A stretch of 63,804 nt of DNA, counting the filler, from Welwitschia mirabilis (lineage: Eukaryota): assembly GCA_051453625.1 (NCBI GenBank). It is 5 parts of one record of this genome, joined end to end, with 100 filler letters (N's around TTAATTAATTAA, not from the genome) between each part and the next. Parts side by side here need not be neighbours in the genome. Positions count along the whole stretch, not along the records: positions 36,047 to 41,237 come from JBOZIK010000001.1; positions 41,338 to 60,799 come from JBOZIK010000001.1; 3 more parts are not named here. One strand, written 5' to 3'. The position numbers were made by a program, and so were the translations under genes. Below the pieces are notes generated by a model, which worked only from the letters and a program-made list of their open reading frames with translations, did not search any database and was not told where the DNA came from. The first letter of the stretch is position 1. Each line of letters starts with the position of its first letter. Shown here piece by piece: positions 39,422 to 51,900 of the stretch.

Positions 39422-40847
39422 GTAAGTGGCTCAAGGATTTGAGTAGTGGCTTGTAAGCCGTAAGAACTCCGTGTGAAGGAGTTGTTGTAAAAGACCTCTA
39501 GTTAAAGGAACCAGGAGGCTGATAGCTGTTTCCTACCCCCTGAAAGTGGAGTACGATTGGCCGAACTACTATAAAAATCTGGTGCACTTGTTTTATGTTT
39601 TCAGTTATTTTTCTGTATCATTTCTATTATCGTTGTTCATGTGTTTTTAGATCTAAAATCGTTGTTATTGCAAAATAATTTTTATTACCCTATTCACCCC
39701 CCCAGGGTGCCTTTAAGATCCTAACATTTATCTCTACCACTGTACGAAATAAGAAAAAAATAATTGGAAGAACTAGTCATATGATCTGAAGCTCCAAAAT
39801 CTATAATCCAATGTTTAGACTTAACGAAAGAGGAAGCACTAAGAGCTCTAAATGATATACTTGTATGAGCAAAATTGGAAGTAGAGGAAGACGACAATGT
39901 CATAGAGAAATGAGAATCAAGCTTAGCCATTAAATGCCTAAGAGTCTCTGCTCCTTCAACCATATAAGCCTGTGATCAAGAAGGCCCTATTCTTTGACCA
40001 TCTCATCCCCTAGTGGGATGATCATGAAGCTTCGATAGGTCTCTCTACTATGTCTGGGCCATTCACATTCACATCTCAAGTGTTATTTACCTATTGTTCT
40101 TTGATCATCAGAATGAGCTTGCACCCCTCAAGAATCTTTCTAAATGCATTTAGTTACTATAGCAGGCCTGTCTTAAGTAGTGGAATGCAACATAGAATTT
40201 GTCCAACTACTTCTATTGTTGCACATAAGAGTATGTTTGTCTCAATGAAGGGAAAGGATCTTTGCCAAGAACCTATACTCTAAGCTGATCGTGCTCAACA
40301 TTAAGTCTGGTCAAGAAATCATACAACCATTCCTTGTCTATCAATTTCTAGAATTTGGAAGCCTCATTACAACAACCAGCCTAAAAGTCTTGGTAGAAAT
40401 CCAACTCCTGCAACAGGTTGTTAAACTTAGCAAAATATTGGGCAATAGTCATATCACCATATTCTGTCCAATGAACTTTCTTTCATAGTTCATAGACTGG
40501 AGCATCATTGCCCAATTGTGAATAAGCTTATATGGTAGCATTCCAAATTCGCCGAACAGAGTCCCAAAGTAAGTAACTACAAACAATATGTCATTGCATA
40601 GTATTGATAAGCAAAGACATGACCAGAGAATTTCTTTGATTCCCACTAGCTGAGAAAAAGATCACTAGCTACTAGTCTCTTCTTTTTTCCTATGATATAC
40701 AACCCATAGGACTTTATAAACAAGCAGCAAGATTGAGACCAAGCAAGATAATCTTTTCCATCTAACTTTGCAAAACTAATCTAGAGGGAGGGGTTATCAC
40801 TCAGGGCTCTAGCCCTACTCCGAACAATGGAAGGGTGAGGATAAACT

Positions 40848-41237
40848 TGTTGGAAAAGTGAAGCCAAATTTGTCTTGTTCATATTGTAATGTTATGTTTT
40901 AACATGGACCTCCCCCTTTTGTAATATTGTAAAAGGAGGTTATGTTTTGACACCTTGGGGTATTTAAATAAAAGAAAAGAAAAGAGGAGGAAGTTTCTAG
41001 ATTGTCTTGGCTTGAAACCCTAAACCTATTTAAAGGCCGCGTAGGGGTTTGTTTTGTATAGTGATTCTTTTTGCTCCTTGAATAAGATTAAGAGCTCTAC
41101 CTACTTCTCGTGGTTTTTTTTTTCCAGCAAGGGTTTTCAACGTAAATCTATGTGTGTTGTTTTTGTGTTCGTTCTTTCCTTTTGTTTATCAACTGATTTA
41201 CAGTAAAGATTTGTAACAAGTGGTATCAGAACAAGGT
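40848..41237 (+). mobile_element. 5' LTR plus PBS of another Tork-like Copia element inserted at the 5' end of the Ale-like element; remainder lost in a gap
   Basis: TGTTGG(40848)..TAACA(41218); TATA-like CTATTTAAAG; PBS TGGTATCAGAAC 41221-41232. The LTR start resembles the LTR at 19872 (AGTGAAGCCAAAT). Confidence 0.88.
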
Positions 41238-44200
41238 NNNNNNNNNNNNNNNNNNNNNNNNNNNNNNNNNNNNNNNNNNNNTTAATTAATTAANNNNNNN
41301 NNNNNNNNNNNNNNNNNNNNNNNNNNNNNNNNNNNNNCCACTTCATCAAGTAGTGCCTTGTTGCAATTTTTAAAAAAAAAAAAAAAAAACTAAAACAAGG
41401 CACATCATTAGGCATGCTACAAATTTTGTAAATGAAAATGCATTCACGATTCACATAATAGTATGCATTTGACAATTCTAATCACAGGAGAGCCATTTTG
41501 CAATTAAGGGAGTTTGTGGTACTCTACGAATGAGCAACAACATAGGAAATAGAGTGAGAGACCTCACAATTTCGTAATCGCAAGCATCAGTTGGTGGCAG
41601 ACACTAAGAAGAATGTCACAATCTTGCAATAGCAAGGTGCTTATTTTGGCCAGAACCATTATATTGTCTCTTCACTCTCTTGTGTCAGTTGTCTAGTATC
41701 CTCTTAGAGACGTATTCATGTAGAAATGTGATGACACAATCAAGCCTTAAGATGTTTAAACTTTGTTAATTACTCATCTTCTTTATATAAGTGTAGTAAG
41801 GACAAACAAATCTAATAATGGTTGTTTTGCAAGTTTCGAAATTGAATGGCATGGGGGCAACATAATAGACAAATGATTTTAGTGATTTACTCCAATCCTA
41901 AAATGTCTATCCATTTGTTCCTCTAAGTGCTTTGAAATTGTGAAAAAGTTTTTGTTTTACTTTCAAAACAAAAGTCTGTGATCTCTCTTGTGCTTAACTT
42001 CTTTATCACAAGCTCTTAATAGTTAAATCTTGAGCATAATCAAGTAAATCAATGTATAAAATCACACTTCTCACTCAATCTGTTCTTGAACCATGATCCT
42101 TTGAAAGTATTATTTTGTATAACATTAAGGGTTAGCCATTAAAACCTTCCTTGCTAGGTTGAAATATTAAATAGATCCAGAAGTTCAAGATTTTGACTTG
42201 ATTCTAGGAGTCTGGGAAAGAGGAACTCATTTCTTATCCAAACCTCCCCAAATTATGGTGTTTTTTCTTTGCTCTTGCATGAGTTATCTTAAAGCCTTCT
42301 CACATAGGAACTGAAAATGTAAACTGAAACACTATCTTATAGAACAATATTAAACTTTTATATGATTTTCTTTGTTTGAGAACTTTGAAATTTTCTTTTG
42401 TCATGCCAATACTTCTACTAAAATTTATTTTTGATAAATTTTAATCCTTGCATACAGTGCCGCATAGTCTTATACATTTTCTTCTAGGGCTAAAACACTT
42501 GAACTAAACCCACTACTCTCTCTAAGCACCACTAAGTAATTTAGATGTAAATGGTATAAATTTGTTTAGATTCGAAATTTGTCCTTAAGTGAAGTTTTCT
42601 AAAATCTCATTGCATATTTGATATTCTAGGAGATTCCACCCATACTTTAATTTACTCAACCATTACTTAATGACAAATCATCCTATTTCCATTATAAGAT
42701 GATACATCCTCACTAGATATTGCTATATTATCTTTGGTGTGAGTGTTTGACTAATATTATCCCTCTAGAATTGTACTAATGTTTTCAGTAAGATAGCCTT
42801 TTGATAGTAAAACATGTCGAACTATAGATTTCTGGTTGATAAATGCTTTTCTTTAGTGTTCAAAATGCCAAGAAGTGATCCAGCATGGCAACATTGTATA
42901 TAACTGTCCTAAAAATCTAGATATTTTAAAATGCAATTACTGCTAGATCACATATCATGGAGATATAAAGAGAATAAAATATCATATTACTCAATTACAT
43001 GGCTATGATATTGTGGTTTGCCCTAAATTAAGCAGCCTTTTTGTGATGCAAGAAATGCATGCATATATAAACCAAAGAGAAAACCAAAAGAAAAGTAAGG
43101 TGACTTACAAATCTTCTAATAGAAAGGAAAATGAAGAGAGCTAGCTATGGGTCTGTAAGTGGACACAAAACCTTTATATCCAAAGTCCAAAAGAGAACAA
43201 TTGATGGTTGGAAGCATATGACTACAAGTTCAGAGGCACATGCTTCTTCTAACTCTCCTAATGTTAATAGTGTTGCCCACGCCTAGCATGAGATAGGCAA
43301 TCATCCTCCACTTCCTGTTTGGATCGTATGGCTCCCTAAAGGAGGGTGAATAGTGTGTTATTTTAAAATTAAAAATATTTTCCAAAATTGGTGCAACCTT
43401 TTAACCTTGGAACTAAATATGAATCTTGCTTAAGAACATGAAATAAAGATGACAAAAGCAAGCAAAAGAAACAAAACAAATAGAAAGTGTGCACCAGATA
43501 TTTATAGTGGTTCAGCAATTCCTGCCTACTCCACTCTCAAGGGCGGCAACATGCTTTCAGCCTCCTCGTTCCCTTAGAACACCCTCCTCCAAAGGCAGCT
43601 TACAACGCCCTTCACCAAGGGTCAATTACAACACCCTTCGCACAAGGGTCAGCTACAAAACCCTTCACACAAGTGTCAACTTGCTCAATCCAATGAGCAC
43701 TTACAAGATGCCAATCAAGTCGAAGCTTGATGGTTTAAATGCCTTGCATGCACAGTACATTAGCTATCGATTCAATATCTTCACAATAGGTAGATATCTC
43801 AGTGTAGTACAAGTAGTGAAATGATACAACAAAGATTAGTTCTAAAGAGGTGTTACGGAATGATTATCACATCTTTTATACAAGGGTTTACAAAATATAG
43901 TTGTTACAACCTTAAACTTGGAGCCCTAGGCATTAGAAGATGTGCTAATAAGCATCCCAAACCATTGGCATCTTAAAATCCGCATTTCGATATTCGCAAT
44001 GGTTATTTTTCGCTCAAACATTTGCCTTCTTGGACACCCCCTTCTTTACATCTGGACGCCTTTGTTATGATACTTGACCCCTGTCAAAATTGCATAGGAT
44101 CTCAAACATCCCGGTACAAAGCTCGGACGTCCCCATAATGAGGACTGAGTATAGGGCAGATGTCTCGCCTTAGAATCCGAACGTCCCTGTACATTTCGTC

Positions 44201-44899
44201 TGCAAACAAGACCGGATGTCCAGATAGAAATCTCGGACGTCCCCATACGTTTTTTCGTGCATAGGGTCAGACGTCCTAGTTTCAATATCTGGACGTCCCT
44301 ATACAAAACCGCATACAAGGCCGGATGTCCCATTCTCACAGTTGGACATCCCAAATGGCACAAACATTAGATATCTTGTTTTGGCTCTTCTTTGCAGACG
44401 GCGAATGGATTTTTGATCATCATTGAAATATAGATTCTCCATAATCTCCTCCTTTTCAATGATGACAAAACTTTTCAGGAGTTTGGAGATGGAGGGGCTA
44501 ATTACTCCCCTTGAATTTATGCTCCTGGGATAACCTGTTACCTACACGATTAACTCAACAAAAAATGGTTTGTGCAGACTTTTTAGTATAATAGATTTTG
44601 ACAGTATTCGTTAAGGAGGAACAACAAATGTTGATATTCCAAAATTGATAAAGACTATTTCTATAATTTTTAAAGTAAAGCATAAATACAGTTTTTAAAC
44701 ATTGTATACTATTTAAGCAAAAGTTTTGGATATTTTTTCCCCCTTTGTCATTATTGAAAAACACTATATAGTGCATAAAAGGATAGTTGAGAGAGGGGAA
44801 AAAAGATATTTCATTATTGAACAACAAGTTTATAGAAGATAGCAGTTTGGAAATACAACCGAATATGTGTGAATAGATAGAAGTACAAAACAAGAGCAT

Positions 44900-45970
44900 G
44901 AGAGAAGATAACATTTAAGTAGAGGAGTCATCATGCTCTGAATCTGCAGGCTGTTGTTCCTCTTCATCTGAACTGGGTGGAATCTCCAAGCCCTAGGTAG
45001 ATAATCCAAATACAATTCTATCCACTTTCTTGTGCACTTTATCTATAGTCTGCTGAGCTTTCAGTGCTATTTATTTGACTTCAAGAATGGCCTTCATTAA
45101 ATCTTCATTACTCACTAGTCCTAAGCTTCAGCTTTCTTTTGTGCGTTGTTTCTTCTTGGGGAAAGGAGCAAGACCCACAATGTCAAAGAAGATGTTTATT
45201 TTCTTCAAAGAGTATAGCCCTAGAGGCTTTCACACTTTTACAAGTTCTTTATCCTTCTGAATAACAAACTGATGGTTTTCGAGAATAGTTGTACTTAATC
45301 CCCCCAAAACGTAAACTACTGTAACTAGCACTGATAAACTAACTTATGTAGGACATTATGAATTTGCACAAAATAATACGAACACCAGTACCAAGACAAA
45401 ACAACGTATAGGCACAAAGAGAAGATACTTCATTTTTGTAGCCAAGCCTGGGAACTAAATTGTGTGTAGAGATTTGAAAAATAACTTTGTAAAATGGTTC
45501 CAGTTAAATAGTCAGAATGCTAAATCTCCATGCAATATTGGACCCACATAATTCGGTTGTCAAAACCTCTTTAAATACTGCTTCTTTTAAAAACTCACTA
45601 AAGATATCTCTCTGAAAAATCCTTTATTTGGATAACTTGCAACTAATGACATCGCTTCCAAGTCTACATCTACTCTTCTACCATAAACTGTTGTTGTGAA
45701 TACCCAATCTGTAGGATTAAAAATGGCATTACAATGAAATAAATGTACCATTCTGGTGGACGCACGAGTATCTGGGTCCAAAGCATATAACCACCCTTGC
45801 TTTTCAAATTTATGAACAATCCGAACTTCATGTCTGAAGGACTCGAAGTTAATCTTTCTTTCTGGAGCAACAGGTCTCTTGGAAAATCCACCAAACCATG
45901 CTTTCTTGTGGTCAAGAGTCAAAAACTATTCTTCCCCTTTTCTTGAGGCAGCCAGCTTACTTCTAACCAT
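44900..45970 (-). pseudogene. Sirevirus env-like ORF (SIRE-3 distal copy)
   Basis: TLDHKKAWFGGFSKRPVAPERKINFESFRHE..KFEKQGWLYALDPDT; contains stops. Confidence 0.85.
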
Positions 45971-46352
45971 GATGACTGAGAGAAGACTCAAAGAGGTTGG
46001 CAGAGAAGTGTTACAAGGAAGAATGAAGGAAAAAACAAGTCAGAAAGCAAATAAGTTGCTAAAGGGAGCGTGGGCGCCCGCTTTGGATTGTGTCCACATA
46101 AAAGAGCAGACGTCTGGAACATTTTGAGCGGATGTCCAAGTTATAAAGCCTTTGTCTTTTTGTCTAAAAGAACGAACGTCCAGGAAAAAGGAGGGGAACA
46201 TCCAAGCAATAATAAGAACTCGGCGCATCCAGATATCATATTGGGATGTCTGGGTGTAAAGAGATTGCAAAGATAACGTGTCACCCAGAAATTTTTAAGC
46301 CACTTAGATGGTAGAATAACACAGTTTGAAGCAGGATGATTTGATTAAGGAA

Positions 46353-47660
46353 TTATTGAGGGATGGGGCAAGCCCTCATACCTAGATGTCTCCTTAGATG
46401 AGCAAATCTCTCTTCATTGAGTCCTTTGGTCATTACATTTGCAATGTGATCATGAGTAGGGACATATTCTAACATTATTACATCATTTTGGACTTGTTCC
46501 CTTACAAAATGATGCTTGACGTCAATGTGTTTCATCCTAGAATGTTGAACAGGATTTTTGGTAATGTTGATGGCACTTCTGTTGTCACAAAACAGCCTGA
46601 TTAAATCTGTTTTTACTCTGAAATTTGTGAGCATCTGTTTCATCCATAGAAGTTGAGTACAACAAGCCCCTACAGCAATGTATTCGGCTTCGACTATTTA
46701 TAATGACATGTTTTACTTCCTGCTAAACCATGACACTAGACAGTTTCCCATGTAGAAACAAGCACCACTTGTACTCTTTCAGTCATCTACATGCCTAGCC
46801 CAATCAACATCACTATATCGTACTAAATCTATAGTCATATCAATGGGTACTAAAGGCCAGAATGTTGAGTGTTTTTAAGATACCTCAAGATTCTTTTAAC
46901 ACACACTAGATGGGATTCCCTTGGTCTAATTGGTACCTAGCATAAATTCCTACACTATGAGCTATGTCAGGTCTACTCGTTATTACGTATAATAAGCTTC
47001 CAATTATTCCTCTAAATAGCTTTTGATCTATTTTCTTACCAGCTTCATCATTACTGATTTTTACGTTGGTAGAGGGGAGTTTTTTAATCTTTAGCATTCA
47101 CCATATCATATTTTTTAGGATATCTTAAATATACTTAGTTTGACTAATAAATATGTGATTTTCCAATTGTTTGATTTGCAACCCCAAGAAAAAATTTAAT
47201 TCTCCTACCATGCTCATTTCAAATTCATCTTCCATGATTTGTGTAAACTTTTGAGCAAGAGTAGTATTGGTTGAGCTGGGTCAGCATTAACTTTTCTAAA
47301 ACCATTTAAAACTAAAAATGAGCTCAGTCTTTTAAATCAAGCTCTAGGAGCTTGCTTCAATCCATATAAAGCCTTGTTTAGCTTGTATACATAGTTAGGG
47401 AGCTTTGGATCTGTGAATCTGGGAGTTTAAGCTACATTGACTTCTTCATTGATATAACCATTTAGAAAGGCACTCTTTATGTCTATCTAAAAAAGTCTAA
47501 TCTTATGGTAGCAGGTAAAAGCAAAAAGCATGCAAATGGCTTCTAATCTCGCAACAGGAACAAATGTTTCTCCATAATCTATTCCTTCTTGCTGACTATA
47601 TCCCTGAGCAACTAAGCAAGCTTTGTGTTGAAGTATGTGGTGATTTTCATCTCTCTTATT
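46353..47660 (-). pseudogene. Second RT/RNase H block of SIRE-3
   Basis: FRGIIGSLLYVITSRPDIAHSV; CDNRSAINITKNPVQHSRMKHIDVKHHFVRE. Confidence 0.9.
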
Positions 47661-47760
47661 TNNNNNNNNNNNNNNNNNNNNNNNNNNNNNNNNNNNNNNN
47701 NNNNNNNNNNNNNNNNNNNNNNNNNNNNNNNNNNNNNNNNNNNNNNNNNNNNNNNNNNNN

Positions 47761-48569
47761 NAAAGATGTTCATTTTCTTTAAAGAGTAAAGACCAAGTGG
47801 CTTAAGCACTTTGACTAATTCTTCATCTTTCTAAATGACAAATTGATAGTTTTCAAAAAGTGTCGTAATTAGGCCCTCAAAAGGTAAACTGCTGCAACTA
47901 GCATTGATGAACTGACTCACGTAGAACATTATGAGTTTGCAAAGATTAATGCAATCGCCGGTGCCAAGACAAAACAATATATAAGCACAAAGAGGGGATA
48001 CTTCATCTTTGTGTCCAAGTTTTGGAACTAGNNNNNNNNNNATGAGTAGAAATCTGAAATAGAACTCTATAAAACAATTTTATTTTATTAGTGGGAATAC
48101 TAGCTCTCCATGCAATATTGAACCCACACAATTCTGTTGTTAAGACTTCTTTAGCTACTACTTCCTTTAGAGAACTAACTAAAGATATTTCTCTAAAAAA
48201 TCCCTGATTTGGGTAACTAGTGACTAAAGATATGGCTTTCAAATTAACATCTACCCTTCTACTATAAACTTTTGTTGTGAACGCCCAATCTGAATGATTA
48301 AAAACAGCATTACAATAAAATAGACATACCATTCTGGTGGAAGCACTAGTATCTGGATCCAATGCATATAGCCATCCTTGCTCTCCAAATTTATGAACAA
48401 TCCGAACTTCATGTCTGAATGACTCATAGTCTATCTTTCGTTCTGAAGCAATAGGCCTCTTCGGAAATCCACCAAACCATGATTTTTTGTGTTGAAGAGT
48501 CAAAAACCATTCTTCTTCTAATTCAGGTTCCATTCCTTTTCTTGAGGCAGCTAGCTTATTTCTCACCAT
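47761..48569 (-). pseudogene. Sirevirus env-like ORF (SIRE-3 proximal copy), truncated by a gap
   Basis: ORF 48003-48569 MVRNKLAASRKG..EEEWFLTL..KFGEQGWLYALDPDT..MVCLFYCN. Confidence 0.88.
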
Positions 48570-48954
48570 GATGACTAAGGAAAAAGAAGAGAGGCTGACA
48601 GAGAAGTGTCACAAGGAAGAATGAAGGAGAAAGGATGATAAAACTCAATAAAAACACAAGAGAGTATGGGCATCCGCCTAGGGTTGCATTTGCGTAAAAG
48701 AGCGGAAGTCCGGAATTTTTCGGGCGGACATATGGGTCATAATACCCAATTCTATATTTTTGCTTTAAAGAGCGGATGTCCGGAAAAAATGAGAGGTACG
48801 TCCAAGTAGTAATAAAGCTCAGGACCTCTGGATATCATGCTAGGATATCCAGATGCAAAGAGATTGCAAAGATAAGGTATCACCCAAAAAGCCTTTAGGC
48901 CACTTAAATGGCAAAATAATACATTTTGAAGCACAAGGATTTGATTCAGGAATT

Positions 48955-51900
48955 ATTGAGAGGTGGTTATCGAGATTTCTCTGTAGATAAGCAAATCTCT
49001 CTTCATGAGTCCTTTGGTCATTACATCTGCAATTTGATCTTGAGTAGCCACATATTCTAACATTATTACATTATTTTGAAGTTGTTCCCTTGTAAAATGA
49101 TGTCTGATGTCAATGTGTTTTGTCCTAGAATGTTACACCAGGTTTTTGGTATGGCACTTGTACTGTCACAGAACAACCTGATTAAATCTGTTTTTACTTC
49201 GAAATCTATAAGCATTTGTTTCATCCATAGAAGTTGAGCACAACAAGCCCCTCCAGCAATGTATTCGGCTTCAGCCGTTGATAAAGATGTTGTGTTTTGC
49301 TTCCTGCTCAACCATGACATGAGGCAATCTTCCATGTAGAAACAAGCACCACTTATACTCTTTTAGTCATCCACACGTCCAACCCAATTAGCATCATTGT
49401 ATCCTACTAAATCTAGAGTAGTATCATACGGATACCAAAGACCAAAATGCCGAGTGTTTTTAAGATACCTCAATATTCTTTTAACACATACTGGATGGGA
49501 TTCTCTTTGATCTAATGCGTAGCACAAATTCCTACACTATGTGCTATATCAAGTCTACTTGTTGTTACGTATAATAAGCTTTCAATTATTCCTCTGAACA
49601 ACTTTTGATCTCTTTTCTTACTAGCTTCATCCTTACTTATTTTTATGTTGGTAAAGAGGGGAGTTTTTGCATCTTTAGCATTTACCATATCATATTTCTT
49701 TAGAATATCTTGAATATACTTGATTTGACTAATAAATATGCCATCTTCCAAATGTTTGATTTGCAGCCCCTAGAAAAAGTTTAATTCTCCTACCATGCCC
49801 ATCTCAAATTCATCTTGCAAAATTTTTGCAAACTTTTAAGCACGAGTAATTTTAGTTGATCCAAAAACTATATCATCAACATTTATTTGTGCTATCCACA
49901 TATCATTTTCCTCATGCTTAATAAACAAAGTTGGGTCAGCATTACCTTTTCTAAAACCATTTAAAACTAAAAATGAGTTCAGTCTTTCAAACCAAGCTCT
50001 AGGAGCTTGTTTCAACCCATATAAAGCCTTGTTTAGCTTGTATACGTAGTTAGGGAACTTTGAAACTATGAATCCGGGAGGTTGAGTTACATAGACTTCT
50101 TCATTGATATAACCATTTTGAAAGGCACTCTTTACGTCCATTTGAAAAAGTCTAATCTTATGATAGCAAGCAAAAGCAAGAAGCATGCGAATGGCTTCGA
50201 ATCTAACAATAAGACCAAATGTTTCTCTATAATCTATTCCTCCCTGTTGACTATATCCCTGAACAACTAAGCGAGCTTTGTTTTGAATTATGTTGTGATT
50301 TTCATCTCTCTTATTTTTAAACACCCATTTTGTTCCAATAATATGTTTCCCCTTAGGAGGGGGAACTAAATTCCACACTCTGTTTCTTTCAAACTAATTT
50401 AGTTCTTGTTGCATAGCAATCATCTGACCATCATCTTGTTCAGCCTCTTGAAAATTCTTAGGTTTTAGACAGGATAGAAAGTAAAGAAAATTGTGACTAA
50501 TGTGCTTGCCTCTCCTACTTGTTGTCCTTGATCAGGGTTACTCACTATAACTTCTTGGGGGTGATCTCTTTTGGTTCATAGAGGAAGGGTGCGGCAAGAG
50601 CTGCTTTCTCCCTTATCTTGGCTAGTGCTTGAGGTGGATGGTTGATTTTTGTGTGTAGAAAATTTCAGGATATCTATATGATAGGAACTATCTAAAGGAG
50701 TGTAGTCATAGGAGTCATCGATTCTCACATGGGCTAATTCTTCTACTTTTTTTGTAGCTTTGTTAAAGACTCTATAAGCCTTGCTAACTGAGGAGTATCC
50801 TAGAAATATTCCATTATCAGATTTTGATTTAAATTTACTTATAGAATACTTGTCTTTGAGAATGGCACATTTGCTACCAAAGACTTTAAAATGACTAACA
50901 TGAGGTTTCTTTCCATGCCACAGATCATAAGCAATTTTCTTAGTACCAGATCTAAGAAATACTCTATTTAAAACATAACATGCTAAATTGAAAGCTTCTG
51001 CCCAAAGATAATAAGGAAAAGGAGTACTCATTTATCATTGTCGTAGCCATTTCAATCAGAACTCAATTCTTCCTTTCTGCTGCACCATTTTGTTGAGGTG
51101 TACAGGGGCTGAATATTGATGGGAGATTCCGTTGGCATTACGAAACTCATCAGATTTTATGTTGTCAATATCCCTTACTCTATTAGATCGTATAGCCCTG
51201 ATAGGTTTATCTTGTTCTTTTTTAATTTCTTTCCAATTTTAACAAACATCTCGAAAGCTTCATCCTTATGAGTTAAGAATCCTGCCCAACAGAATCTTAA
51301 AAAATCATCTACCATGACTAAAAAATATCTCCTTCTTACAATGCTTCTAAGTTTGAATCGGACCAACCAAATCCATATNNNNNNNNNNCCATATGAACTA
51401 ACTCTAGAGTTTTAGTGGTAGACGTATCCCTTTTTCTTAGAAAACTTGATTTTACTAACTTACCTTTTAGACATGATTCACACACTTTGGCTTGAGCAAC
51501 ATTTAGCTTTAGAACCCCTTTGACTTTTTCTTTGGAGGAGATGGTCTTTAAGTCTTTTAAATTTATATGACCTAATCTACAGTGTCATAAGCTAACTTCA
51601 TTTGTTTGTGCTAAATAGCATCCATTTGTTGATTTATCATTGCTTCCAAGCACACACATACATTTAGACCTATGATTGTAAGAAATTCTTGGTTGGTAAG
51701 ACTGTTGTGTATGACACGTTTATCTTAGTAGAATGAGATGGTGTTACCTCTATCACATATCTAAGAGATACTTAGCAAGTTATGCTTTAGACCTTTGACT
51801 AAGTACACATCATTTATAGTTGGGTGATATTTTGTTGCAGTGATGGATCCTTTTCCAACAATGTGTCTTCTGCTTTTGTCTCCCAAAGTGACTTGTCTAC

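Larger units (their letters stand above)
33453..39726 (+). mobile_element. Sirevirus element SIRE-2 (pol missing in a gap)
   Basis: 5' LTR 33453-35066; PBS TGGTATCAGAGA 35069-35080; gag from 35144 (MWDTLRIAHE..FENIRMEESE); env-like ORF; PPT AAGGGGGAGAT; 3' LTR 37962-39726; TSD TTAAT/TTTAT (1 mismatch). Removing it restores the host frame GRDK|VHVAN. Confidence 0.93.
30059..40847 (-). mobile_element. Ale/Retrofit-like Copia element, interrupted by SIRE-2
   Basis: Short 3' LTR ~30059-30265 with the PPT directly after the pol stop (30266-30276); RH YCDNKVAINIANN; RT ILIIYVDDI; INT KILRSDNGTKF; PR WIIDFGASDHMT; gag DNPSL*ISFAKLDGKDYLAWS and FLTRLNVEHDQLRV*VLGKDPFPSL. Confidence 0.9.

Noticed and set aside
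41340..42950. AT-rich stretch resembling Gypsy non-coding internal sequence (also 58250-59740)
   Set aside because: No diagnostic motif or boundaries recognisable without a database search.
43102..43140. Possible 7-nt minus-strand micro-exon (ttctattag AAGATTT gtaagt) for the FAH gene
   Set aside because: No homology support, and it lies in TE-derived sequence; likely chance.
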